Of a stretch of DNA of 64,000 bases, positions 47,603-56,508 are shown in pieces. Every line of letters begins with the position of its first letter. Position 1 is the stretch's first letter. Source of the DNA: Polyangiaceae bacterium (lineage in GTDB: Bacteria > Myxococcota_A > Polyangia > Polyangiales > Polyangiaceae); assembly GCA_965222375.1 (NCBI GenBank), contig CBDCTZ010000016.1, positions 416,001 through 480,000 of the forward strand. Reading direction: 5' to 3'. The notes beneath the pieces were generated by a model. It was not told the origin of the DNA and made no database searches. It saw only the letters and a list, made by a program, of their open reading frames with translations. The position numbers and the translations under genes were made by a program.

Positions 47603-49408
47603 ATGAAGAAGCTGATACTGGCCATGCTCTGCGCAGTCGCAGTGACCATGCTGTTCGCCTCTCCCGCCCAGGCCTACTACGATTGTGGCACTGGTTGGAC
47701 ACTCTACACAGCGCCTAGCGGCGTTCGCTGCGTCAAACGAACTGTTGATGGCGGTGTCCCGAAGTACGTTTGGTACGGAGAGGGAAGCCATGGCACCAGT
47801 CACTACCGGCACATCGGTTCGGTGAGTTGGAACGCCGGGTTCAACGAGTATAGGGGCAGCACTGTCGATATCGAGGGTGGCGGCGCTGTTTTCAGTGGCT
47901 TCATCGACGGCTGGTTTGCCATCGCGCCCACGAGCTCCGACTACCCGAGCACGATGTACGCCAGCACCTGGGGCGAGACCTGGACGAAGTCGTGGTACGG
48001 CAGTTCGACATACGGCTACAGCTCTCCTCTGACAGACATCCTCACGGACTGTGGCGCGCAGTTTCGCAACGGGAGCAGTTCGAAGCTCCAGAAGTTCCGA
48101 GCCTATGACCAGCTCGATTCGCCGACGAGCGCGTCTACCGGCGTGCGTTGCGCCCTGCGGGTTACCGCACCTGCCAATGAGTGGGACGTCTGGTACGGAG
48201 CGGGCAGCTGGCGTTGGCGTGCGACTGAAGGAGTGGTGAGTGCGCCAATACCCTGGAGTGCGCCACTCGCGTACGCCCATGTGGGATTCCGGGGTTCGAG
48301 CACCACCTACAGCCAGTACGACGTGTGCAACGGATCGGCCTTCTGCTACCAACGAAGTGGCATGCCGATACCTCTCGCCCTCACCTGGCTGGACACTGGC
48401 ACTGGGTACGTTCTGAACGGCAGCGGCCTTCACGAGCTCTGGCTCCCGTCGGCCGCCGAACACTCTACGCGGCTCCTCGCGTATCAGGTCAGCGACTCCG
48501 ACGGCGTCACTAGGAAGACGCCTGTTAGCGTCAACGACATATTGGCCTATGTGACGGCGGCGAACGAGATATATCGATTGCATGGCGTGGAGGTGCTCTA
48601 CAATCGGTGGCCGCCGACCGGCTACAAGGACCTGGACACAATCGCCGACTACGGCTTGAACACCATGGAGCTTGCTGGGGGCGGCACGCTTGCCCGTAAA
48701 ATAGCTTCGTTCTACGCTGAGCGGACTCCCACTCGGGCTGTGGCCTTCCTAACCTGGGGCTTCTCGGCGGGCTCATGCCCGTATTCAGGCGGCGCTTCCA
48801 GTCTGGGGGAAAACTTCGTGCACGTCGCGGCGCTCGATGCAACATCGATTGCTGGATGCGGCCTCCTCGATCAATACGGCTACGGAGTCGCCGACTCCGC
48901 CCACTTCGCGCATGAGTTCGGGCACTTCCTGGGCTTGGCACATACCTTCGAGTACGATGACCTGCAGACATATGGGGACGCACAGGTTCGGTGGATATCT
49001 CAGGGTTGCGCCTGGGGTCTCTTCGATGGCGATGAGCTCTCTAGTACCGGGGAGGACCCGAATATCGGAGACTATCTGAGCAACCTGAATGTGACCCTCG
49101 TACCTCTCTTGGGGCAATGGGGCACCTGCGATCCGAGTGCCTACTCGTGGTTCACCCTCCCGCGCACCAACATCATGAGCTACTATGTGAGCAACCGAGT
49201 TTACGACGTTTATGGGGGGATCAGGACAGGAATCTGCGACGACACGTGGACGTCGACGACGACCGTTGGGTCGTATCAGAACTGCAAGGAGATCACTTCG
49301 GAGCAGGCATCCCAGATTCACAATCCCATCATCCAGCCTGGCATCGAGCAGTGGACGAGTCACTTCGCCGATTTCATCGGCAAGTCGCGTTGGTGGCGAC
49401 TCGAATAG
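47603..49408 (+). CDS. Secreted metzincin metalloprotease (M43/ulilysin-like) with unrecognised N-terminal domain
   Basis: Signal peptide (AQA), HEFGHFLGLAHTF zinc motif and NIMSY Met-turn. Confidence 0.85.
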   Translation: MKKLILAMLCAVAVTMLFASPAQAYYDCGTGWTLYTAPSGVRCVKRTVDGGVPKYVWYGEGSHGTSHYRHIGSVSWNAGFNEYRGSTVDIEGGGAVFSGFIDGWFAIAPTSSDYPSTMYASTWGETWTKSWYGSSTYGYSSPLTDILTDCGAQFRNGSSSKLQKFRAYDQLDSPTSASTGVRCALRVTAPANEWDVWYGAGSWRWRATEGVVSAPIPWSAPLAYAHVGFRGSSTTYSQYDVCNGSAFCYQRSGMPIPLALTWLDTGTGYVLNGSGLHELWLPSAAEHSTRLLAYQVSDSDGVTRKTPVSVNDILAYVTAANEIYRLHGVEVLYNRWPPTGYKDLDTIADYGLNTMELAGGGTLARKIASFYAERTPTRAVAFLTWGFSAGSCPYSGGASSLGENFVHVAALDATSIAGCGLLDQYGYGVADSAHFAHEFGHFLGLAHTFEYDDLQTYGDAQVRWISQGCAWGLFDGDELSSTGEDPNIGDYLSNLNVTLVPLLGQWGTCDPSAYSWFTLPRTNIMSYYVSNRVYDVYGGIRTGICDDTWTSTTTVGSYQNCKEITSEQASQIHNPIIQPGIEQWTSHFADFIGKSRWWRLE

Positions 49409-49470
49409 GTGCATCTTTTGGCAAGTAGCACTGCAGTGGCACGCCTCGCCAGATAGCGCGAGGCCGAGCG

Positions 49471-51378
49471 TCACTGTCGGCGGAGACGCTCGATCGCTTC
49501 GGCAACCAGGCTCAAGAGCTGCTCTGCATTGAAGGGCTTCTGCACGTGAACGATGTCAGTTTCTTTCAAGAACTCGGCAGCGCGGGCCGTGAAGGCGCCG
49601 CCCGTCATGAAGATCAACCGATTTTCCATGCCCTTGCCGTCCTTCTTCAGCTCGCGATACAGGTCCATTCCGCTCATGCCGGGCATCAGTAGGTCGCAAA
49701 GCACGACATCGATCTCCGGCGGCCGCATGAGGCGGTTGTGGGCGTCTGCGCCCGCCGTCGACGTTTCGACGTCGTGAGCGGGTTCCAGCAGCCTTTCCAG
49801 CATCGCCGCGACGGCTTCCTCGTCGTCCACGACTAATACTCGCGCACGGGGGGCGACTTCACTTGACGGGGGAGGAGCTTGACTGGCGCGAACCTGTTCC
49901 GCAGTGATGGGAAGGGTCACTGAGAAAATGGTGCCCTCACCCAACGTACTTTCGACGCCAATGCTGCCGCCAAAGGATGTCACGATGCTGTGACAGATGG
50001 GCAGCCCCAGGCCCGTGCCGACGCCCACCGGCTTGGTCGTGAAAAACGGGTCGAACACACGGTCCAAGTGTTCCTGGGCAATCCCGGCGCCATCGTCAGC
50101 GACCTGCACGGTCACGTGGCCCTTCTTGGGTTCGAGAACGGAGACGGTAATCGTGCCGCGCTTCTGTGGCCGACGTACGAGGGCTTGCGCGGCGTTGATC
50201 AGGAGATTGACGAATACCTGCTCCAGGCGCGCCGGGTCGGCCAGCACCCGGGGCGCGTCACCGACCTTGTCGACGATGCTGCCGCGGTCATCGAGCTCAT
50301 GGGATGCCATGCGCATTGCTGCAAGCAGCACTTGCCGCAAGTCCACGGGCATCAGGGTGCTTGGTTCATCACGACTGGAGAAGGCCTCGAGATCTTCGAC
50401 GATGGCGCGCACTCGCGCCACGCCGTGCTGCGCCTCGTCGATGCGCACAGAGAATCGGTCCCCATCCTGGTCGGAGAACTGCCCTTTGCGGATCTCTTTG
50501 ACCAGATACTCCAAGTTGAGCAGGGTGTAGGATAGAGGGTTGTTGATTTCGTGCGCTACGCCGGCAGCCAACGTCCCAACCGCAGAGAATCGATCGTCCT
50601 GAATCAACTGCGCTTGCAAGGCGCGGCGCTCGCCGAGGTCCCGACCAATCACCAGGGCAGCGGGTTCTCCGTCCCAGGCGATGTTCATCCCAAGGAACTC
50701 GACGTCTACCAGCTTCCCATCTCCGCGCCGGACCCCCAGAGCGAAGGGCTCGCCAAAATGCTCCCCGTCAAAGACCCGCGCTAGGCGGGCCCGAGCGTAC
50801 TCCACGTCTTGTGGGCGCAGGTGCTCGGCGAATGGCGTGTTGAGTAGCGCTCGTGAGGAAGTGTGGCCCAATAGGGTGCACATCGCCGAGTTCGCGTATG
50901 CGATGCCGCTGCGCGTGCCGATTCCAATCGCGTCTGGGGCGGACTCGATGATCTCACGAAAGCTCCGCTCGGATTGCTCTAGCGCTCGCTGCGCGGCGTC
51001 CTGATCACTGGAAATGACCCAGACCAACGCCACCGAGTCCCCCGAGGGGAAGGGTCGCGCACTGACTTGGACTGGCAACTCTTCTTTCGCGAGACGCAAG
51101 GTGAGCCGTGGTTGTCCAGTCCCGGCGGCGCGCTCCTGTACCCACGGCAAGAGGGAGTCCATGGAGCTCGCGTGGAAGACCGACGACAAGGGTCGCCCGA
51201 CCACTTCGAGCTCGGAGCAGTCGAGCAGCTTCAGCAGCGCGCGATTGACCAGCTGAACCTGGTGGCCGGCGGGACGCGAGACACTGACCAGAGTGCCAAT
51301 GGTGGCGCGGTCCGCAGCCTCGAATAGCGCTTGCACTAGTAGCGATAGTTCGCTGACCTCGGCCGGTATCATCCCCAC
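49471..51378 (-). CDS. Hybrid PAS sensor histidine kinase with receiver domain
   Basis: HEINNPL, NLLINA, DDGAG, FFTTK and GTGLGL motifs; receiver VVDDE..CDLLMP..KP. Confidence 0.95.
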   Translation of the reverse strand: MGMIPAEVSELSLLVQALFEAADRATIGTLVSVSRPAGHQVQLVNRALLKLLDCSELEVVGRPLSSVFHASSMDSLLPWVQERAAGTGQPRLTLRLAKEELPVQVSARPFPSGDSVALVWVISSDQDAAQRALEQSERSFREIIESAPDAIGIGTRSGIAYANSAMCTLLGHTSSRALLNTPFAEHLRPQDVEYARARLARVFDGEHFGEPFALGVRRGDGKLVDVEFLGMNIAWDGEPAALVIGRDLGERRALQAQLIQDDRFSAVGTLAAGVAHEINNPLSYTLLNLEYLVKEIRKGQFSDQDGDRFSVRIDEAQHGVARVRAIVEDLEAFSSRDEPSTLMPVDLRQVLLAAMRMASHELDDRGSIVDKVGDAPRVLADPARLEQVFVNLLINAAQALVRRPQKRGTITVSVLEPKKGHVTVQVADDGAGIAQEHLDRVFDPFFTTKPVGVGTGLGLPICHSIVTSFGGSIGVESTLGEGTIFSVTLPITAEQVRASQAPPPSSEVAPRARVLVVDDEEAVAAMLERLLEPAHDVETSTAGADAHNRLMRPPEIDVVLCDLLMPGMSGMDLYRELKKDGKGMENRLIFMTGGAFTARAAEFLKETDIVHVQKPFNAEQLLSLVAEAIERLRRQ

Positions 51379-51478
51379 ACCCCATCATAGTCCAACACCC
51401 TTGGCCCGGGGCCACTAGTGGCCGGCCGCGCCTTTTTGCCGTTTGCCTGACACGGCAACGTGGTCTAACACCTAGCCT

Positions 51479-52129
51479 GTGAAGCCGGCGCAGGTTGCTC
51501 AGCTCCTGATCGTGGCGATTGCCGCGGTAGCCGTATACTCCTTTGCGCGGACCGCTCGGGATGCCGAGAACCGCCGCGTCTGCGCGCCGCTATGCGCGCT
51601 GGCGCCTAACTACGCGGCGCGCAACCGCCGGGCGCCAGATTTCGACCTTGCGTCCTTGGATGGTGATCGCAGAAAGCTCTCCGACTTTCGCGGCAAGGTC
51701 GTGATCATGAATTTTTGGACCAAGACCTGTCGGCCCTGTCTTGAAGAGATGCCCTCTCTGGCAGAGCTGGGGCGCATGTTGAAAGCAACCAAGGGCATCG
51801 AGCTAGTCACCCTGTGCACGGATGAAACCGCAGACGACGCCCGAGCCACGCTGCAGTCGGTCATCGGTACGAAAAAGCCACCTTTCATCGTCTTGATGGA
51901 TCCCGACGCCAAGGTGGTGCGTGAGGTCTACGGGACGAAGCTATACCCGGAAACCTGGTTCATCGACGTCAATGGCGTCATACGCGCGCGGGTGGATGGT
52001 CCCCGGCGTTGGAACGAGCCCCTGACGGTCGGTTTTGCAGAGTCCCTCAAGGACCCGCTGCCATGTGACATCGAGTTCCGCGCAGCTCGCCCGATTGGCT
52101 CCCTCGCCAGCCTATGCGGCACGGACTAG
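51479..52129 (+). CDS. TlpA-family disulfide reductase
   Basis: APDF, NFWTKTCRPCLEEMP and YPETW motifs; N-terminal TM. Confidence 0.92.
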   Translation: MKPAQVAQLLIVAIAAVAVYSFARTARDAENRRVCAPLCALAPNYAARNRRAPDFDLASLDGDRRKLSDFRGKVVIMNFWTKTCRPCLEEMPSLAELGRMLKATKGIELVTLCTDETADDARATLQSVIGTKKPPFIVLMDPDAKVVREVYGTKLYPETWFIDVNGVIRARVDGPRRWNEPLTVGFAESLKDPLPCDIEFRAARPIGSLASLCGTD

Positions 52130-52812
52130 TTGCTTTTGGGCGAACAGAGGTTGATGTCCGGGAGCAGGTTGCTCGGTCTGCACTTCAGCCCGCCAGGGCA
52201 CGTCGAGTCGCCGCAGATCACGCGTCGGTCCTTGGAGTACTCACACTCGTGGGCCGGCTTGCACTGAATATCATTGTAGGCCTGGCCAAACTGCGGCGAA
52301 TTGACCAGCTGGCCGCAGCAGACGGTGCCATTGATGCAGTCTTCGGGACCGTCGCACAAAACGACCGTGCCTGGAAAACATGGCGCTGCGTTGGCTTGGC
52401 AAGTCGGCGTGGGTACAGCGGTGCCGCTCAAGAAGACACAGCAGAAGTTGCTGGGGCGCTTGCAGTTGTTGATCCCGCCGCAGGAAACGGCGCCCGCAGC
52501 CGGGTTGCCTCCCGTGCCATCGCCACCCATGCCAGCACCACCGCCGGTGTTGACTTCTCCGCCCGTCCCAGGCTCGCCACTCGTGCCTTCCCCGCCCGTC
52601 GCACCGCTTCCGCCACTCGCGGTGGTTCCACCGGTGCCGTTGTTTCCAGAACCGCCGCTCGCGAGCCCGCCGTTCCCCGAACTGCCCGCGGCGGAACCCC
52701 CAACCGCCGCGCCGCCGCCTGTGCCGGACTGAGTCGAACCAAACAGTCCCGCGTCGCTACTGCTACCACATGCTGCAAGGAGCAAACCGCAACTGACGGC
52801 GAGCATTCTCAT
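52126..52812 (-). CDS. Gly-tethered Cys-rich lipoprotein
   Basis: Lipobox LAAC; CDGPEDC..VCC motif; GGAGG RBS. Confidence 0.8.
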   Translation of the reverse strand: MRMLAVSCGLLLAACGSSSDAGLFGSTQSGTGGGAAVGGSAAGSSGNGGLASGGSGNNGTGGTTASGGSGATGGEGTSGEPGTGGEVNTGGGAGMGGDGTGGNPAAGAVSCGGINNCKRPSNFCCVFLSGTAVPTPTCQANAAPCFPGTVVLCDGPEDCINGTVCCGQLVNSPQFGQAYNDIQCKPAHECEYSKDRRVICGDSTCPGGLKCRPSNLLPDINLCSPKSN

Positions 52813-52923
52813 CACGGACCTCCAGCTCGAGGCGAGCTACGCTGCCCCCTCGACGGTGGGGCAACATAGCAGATGACACCGCCTCGCGCAGCGATTGCGC
52901 CCGGGTTCAGCGGCCTCCGGCGT

Positions 52924-52979
52924 CGATCAAGCCCTGGTGCACCGTCCGCCGCGATCAAGCCCTGGTGCAACGCCCGCTG
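52924..52979. repeat. Two 28-nt direct repeats in a divergent intergenic region
   Basis: CGATCAAGCCCTGGTGCA at 52924 and 52952 with similar 10-nt tails. Confidence 0.85.
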
Positions 52980-53004
52980 CGGGAGTTACACTGGCCAGCC
53001 CGGC

Positions 53005-53283
53005 ATGAAGACCCTCGTTTGCCGCTGCGAAGACGTGACGCTCAGTGAACTAGAGCACGCGCTCGAGCTGGGCCATCGCGACATCGAGTCCGTCAAGCGC
53101 TACACCGGTTTTGGTACTGGTTGGTGCCAGGGCAAGGGCTGCCTCGCCATCTGTGCGCGGCTTCTCAGTGCTCGGGGCGGAGAGGTGGCCCAAGGCATTA
53201 CGCCCCGCCCGCCCTACCACCCGACGTCCTTCGCCGCGCTGGCAGGGCTAGACCCAGACTGGGGATACGAACCCGAAGACTGA
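53005..53283 (+). CDS. Stand-alone BFD-like [2Fe-2S] protein
   Basis: VCRCEDVT..KRYTG.G.G.CQG..C..RPP pattern. Confidence 0.88.
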   Translation: MKTLVCRCEDVTLSELEHALELGHRDIESVKRYTGFGTGWCQGKGCLAICARLLSARGGEVAQGITPRPPYHPTSFAALAGLDPDWGYEPED

Positions 53284-53320
53284 CCTGCGCTCCCCGCGCG
53301 CAGTTCCCCCTATCAACCTG

Positions 53321-55936
53321 ATGCGAATCGCCTATCTAGTTGGGTCCGACGACGCTCCGCGCAGCGTAGGATCATCGGCCAGGCAGGACTTCGTGGAGCT
53401 CCTGGCTGACTCGCATCTTCGTTTCACCAAGCGGGAGCTGGAACCCGAAGACGGCTTGATCGAAGCCTTGGATGGCGAGTTGGCTCGTCGCCGCGAGCCC
53501 GGGCACGCGTTGTTGGTCTTTTCGGGAATGGCGACCACTGCGGGAGAGGACGTCGCCTTGCGCACGTCAGACTACGAAGCATCGCTGCACGCCATCGGTC
53601 AATCGCTGGACCGAGTGCCCATGGACGTGCTCGTGCTGCTGGACCTTCACCATGAGGGCCCGGACGATCCCTTCCTCGCTGCCGAAATCGTGCACGCGGC
53701 CAAGGAGGCCCTGGAGGGTACGGACGTGGCGCTCGTGGTCGCGGCTTCAGCGTTGGAGTCCGAGCGCAAACTGCCCGCCGCGCCCCTGTTGCACTGTCTC
53801 AGCGCAACCCTACGCGGCGCCTTTAGCGCGGTGGACACCCGAAGCATCTCGGCCGCTGATCTGTACGAGCGGATGCGTGAGGCAAAGGGCTTCGAGTTGC
53901 TGTCTGCGGTTGGCTTCATGTCGGCCGCCAAGGCTTTCCCTTTGCTCGTGCCGCCAAACGTCATCGTCAACGATCCCGCGAGCATTCCCCCGCCTCCGTC
54001 GTCCACGGGCGCCACCCCGGAATCCATTCGCAACGGCAACGCTCACTTCGACGCGGGGCGTCACGGCGAGGCGATCACCGAGTACAAGAAGCGGCTGCTC
54101 TCCCTCGGCCCTCGGGACCCGGAACGGGCCGACGTCTACTTCCGAATCGGGCGCTGCAAACAGGAGCTCTCCAGTCTGGCTGAGGCCGCCCACAACTTCG
54201 ACAAGGCCCTGGCCCTGGATCCCATGCACGCCGGCGCCCTCGACGGCGCCTGCGACGTCCTGGCGGAGCAGAAGGACTTCCGACGCCTGGAATCGATGCG
54301 CCGCAGGCATCTCGATGCGTTGCAAGACCCCGAGCTGCGCGAGGCTCAACTGGCGGCTATCGCTCGGGCCTGGGTCGAGGACGCCGAGCGCGCTGAAAAG
54401 GCCCTGGCGACCATCGAACAGTGGGCAGAGGAATCGTCGAGTCGTGACCCCCTCGACATGTTGGTGCGTGCCCAAGACCAGATCGGACGCGCACCGGCCC
54501 GAGTAACGGCGCGTCGGCGGCTTGCTGAGCGACTGGAGGGGGTCGAGGCAGCGCAGACTTTGGTGGATGCCGCTCGGATAGCCCAAGCCGAGCTACCGGG
54601 CGGCAAGGAAGCTGTCGTGCTGTGTCGAGAAGCACTCGCCGAACACCCTGAGACGCTCGAGGCGCTGGAAATCGCGTCGGCGGTCTTGGGCGCGGGTCGG
54701 CGCTTCGACGATTTGATTGAGGTGTACGAATTCGTCATCGAGCGTAGTTCGGATGCAGAGCTCGGCTGGGATCTGAGCAAGAAGCTCGGCATGCTGCACC
54801 GTGACGTACGGGATGATGCCGAAGGTGCGTTGCGCGGTTTCAAGCGTGCGGCGGAACTGCGGTCGGACGACGTGGAGCTTCTGCTCTGGATTGCCGAGCT
54901 ACACCAAGCTGCGCGTGACCACGACTCCGCCGCCGACGTTCTGCGTGCTGCCGCCCGGGTTCGCCCCCAGGATCCAGACATCGTGAGGCGCGCGCTCTGG
55001 GCCTTCGAGAAGGTTCGCGCTGACGACAGTGCTTGGAATGCCGCCTGCATTCTCGACCATCTCGGGGAGGCCGACATCAACGAGTCTCTCAATGCCGACG
55101 CGCATCAGCCCGAGGGGTTGATTGCCGCACGAACGACGTTGAGCGACGCGGACTTCGAGCTGTTCGCGCCGGAGCGGGATGAGCCTCTGGGTCGCCTCCT
55201 TGGTGTGTGTGCGCCATCGGCACTCCCCCTCTGTTTCGACGAGTTGAAAGAGGCGGGCGAGCTGCTGGATTACGAGAGTGGCGCTCTGCAGGAAGCCGGA
55301 AGCACCACGATGATCGCGCGGAGCTTGAGTTGGACCTGCCGGTTGATGGGTATGGAAACGCCGCCGCTCTATGTCGTCAGCGACTTTCCCCAGGGCACAG
55401 CTGCCCTCGCCCTGGACGAGCCCGTGGCAATCGCCGATCGCGCCTTGGGCAGTGGCCTGGAACTGTCGGAACTCGCATTCTTGTGGGCGCGCGCCTTGGC
55501 CAACCTGCACGGCGCCAACGGTTTCCTCTGGGCTTGCCCTTCGCCCCAGCGCCTGGCCAAGGTCGTGGTCGGCGCGCTGCTCCTGTCGGATGCACCAGGG
55601 TTGGAAGATCTCGATGGCCCACCGCGGCTCTTCGCTGAAGCCCTGGAGGAGCGCATGAACGACGGCGAACGCGACGAGCTCGCCGAAGCTTCCAAGAACG
55701 TCTCGACGCGTGGCGCCCGCGCACGCATCGAGCGCTGGCTCGACGAGACGGCGCTACTTGGGGGGCGGGTCGGCCTGCTGCTGAGCGGGGATGTCCGTCG
55801 GGCGGTGGACGTAGTTCGTCGCTTTCCAATCAACGGAATTCCCGTCGGGCGCCAAATCGACGACCTGTATCAGTCGACCCTATCCGAAGAACACACGACC
55901 CTGCGCCGCCGTCTCGGAATCAACGTACACGCTTGA
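53321..55936 (+). CDS. Large TPR-repeat protein
   Basis: Extended TPR array (YFRIGRC, FDKALALDP) and a helical C-terminal domain ending LRRRLG. Confidence 0.8.
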   Translation: MRIAYLVGSDDAPRSVGSSARQDFVELLADSHLRFTKRELEPEDGLIEALDGELARRREPGHALLVFSGMATTAGEDVALRTSDYEASLHAIGQSLDRVPMDVLVLLDLHHEGPDDPFLAAEIVHAAKEALEGTDVALVVAASALESERKLPAAPLLHCLSATLRGAFSAVDTRSISAADLYERMREAKGFELLSAVGFMSAAKAFPLLVPPNVIVNDPASIPPPPSSTGATPESIRNGNAHFDAGRHGEAITEYKKRLLSLGPRDPERADVYFRIGRCKQELSSLAEAAHNFDKALALDPMHAGALDGACDVLAEQKDFRRLESMRRRHLDALQDPELREAQLAAIARAWVEDAERAEKALATIEQWAEESSSRDPLDMLVRAQDQIGRAPARVTARRRLAERLEGVEAAQTLVDAARIAQAELPGGKEAVVLCREALAEHPETLEALEIASAVLGAGRRFDDLIEVYEFVIERSSDAELGWDLSKKLGMLHRDVRDDAEGALRGFKRAAELRSDDVELLLWIAELHQAARDHDSAADVLRAAARVRPQDPDIVRRALWAFEKVRADDSAWNAACILDHLGEADINESLNADAHQPEGLIAARTTLSDADFELFAPERDEPLGRLLGVCAPSALPLCFDELKEAGELLDYESGALQEAGSTTMIARSLSWTCRLMGMETPPLYVVSDFPQGTAALALDEPVAIADRALGSGLELSELAFLWARALANLHGANGFLWACPSPQRLAKVVVGALLLSDAPGLEDLDGPPRLFAEALEERMNDGERDELAEASKNVSTRGARARIERWLDETALLGGRVGLLLSGDVRRAVDVVRRFPINGIPVGRQIDDLYQSTLSEEHTTLRRRLGINVHA

Positions 55937-55945
55937 GTGTATTGG

Positions 55946-56076
55946 TTGGTTTGGGGGTCGAGCGATGTGGCGGCGTTGCTGCCCTAATCTCGCGCTAGCG
56001 CTCGCGCTGCGATCGCGAGGGGAAGCGCGGGAGTAGCGCCCTCGCGCGCACCAATGCTCGACCCCCCAAATACCAA
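55946..56076. repeat. Intergenic element with terminal inverted repeats (MITE/REP-like), copy 3 of the repeat family
   Basis: TTGGTTTGGGGGTCGAGC at the left end and GCTCGACCCCCCAAATACCAA at the right end; lies between convergent genes. Confidence 0.75.
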
Positions 56077-56102
56077 ATCCGTTGGATTCGAGTCGGCCCC
56101 GC

Positions 56103-56465
56103 TCAGTCGCCTTCGTATTCGCATCTCACGTCGCAGGTTTCGAAAACGGTGATGCGGGACAGGGGCGCGAGTTGTGGCTTGATGCGCTGCCACAGCCAGC
56201 GCGCGAGGATTTCGCTGGTTGGGTTTTCCAGGCCGTCCACTTCGTTGAGGTAGCGATGGTCCAGGGCGTCGTAGATCGGCGCCCAGATCTCGTCCAATGC
56301 GCCGTAGTCGATGAACCAACCGCTGCTCTCGTCGACGGGTCCGTCGATGGCGATTTCAATTTTGAAGCTGTGCCCATGCAAGCGCTGGCACTTGTGGCCC
56401 TCGGGCACGTTGGGCAAGCGATGGGCGGCTTCGAATCGGTATTCTTTGACCAGGCGGACGTTCAC
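56103..56465 (-). CDS. queD: 6-carboxytetrahydropterin synthase
   Basis: FEAAHRL, KCQRLHGHS, LDHRYLN and ENPTSE motifs. Confidence 0.96.
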   Translation of the reverse strand: MNVRLVKEYRFEAAHRLPNVPEGHKCQRLHGHSFKIEIAIDGPVDESSGWFIDYGALDEIWAPIYDALDHRYLNEVDGLENPTSEILARWLWQRIKPQLAPLSRITVFETCDVRCEYEGD

Positions 56466-56508
56466 GCGCAGGAGCTTAACACCGAGCTAGCGGAGCGAAA
56501 GGGGGCCA

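Noticed and set aside
52924..52979. Direct repeat as a mini-CRISPR
   Set aside because: Only two units, the 10-nt intervening segments are similar to each other, and no cas genes are present.
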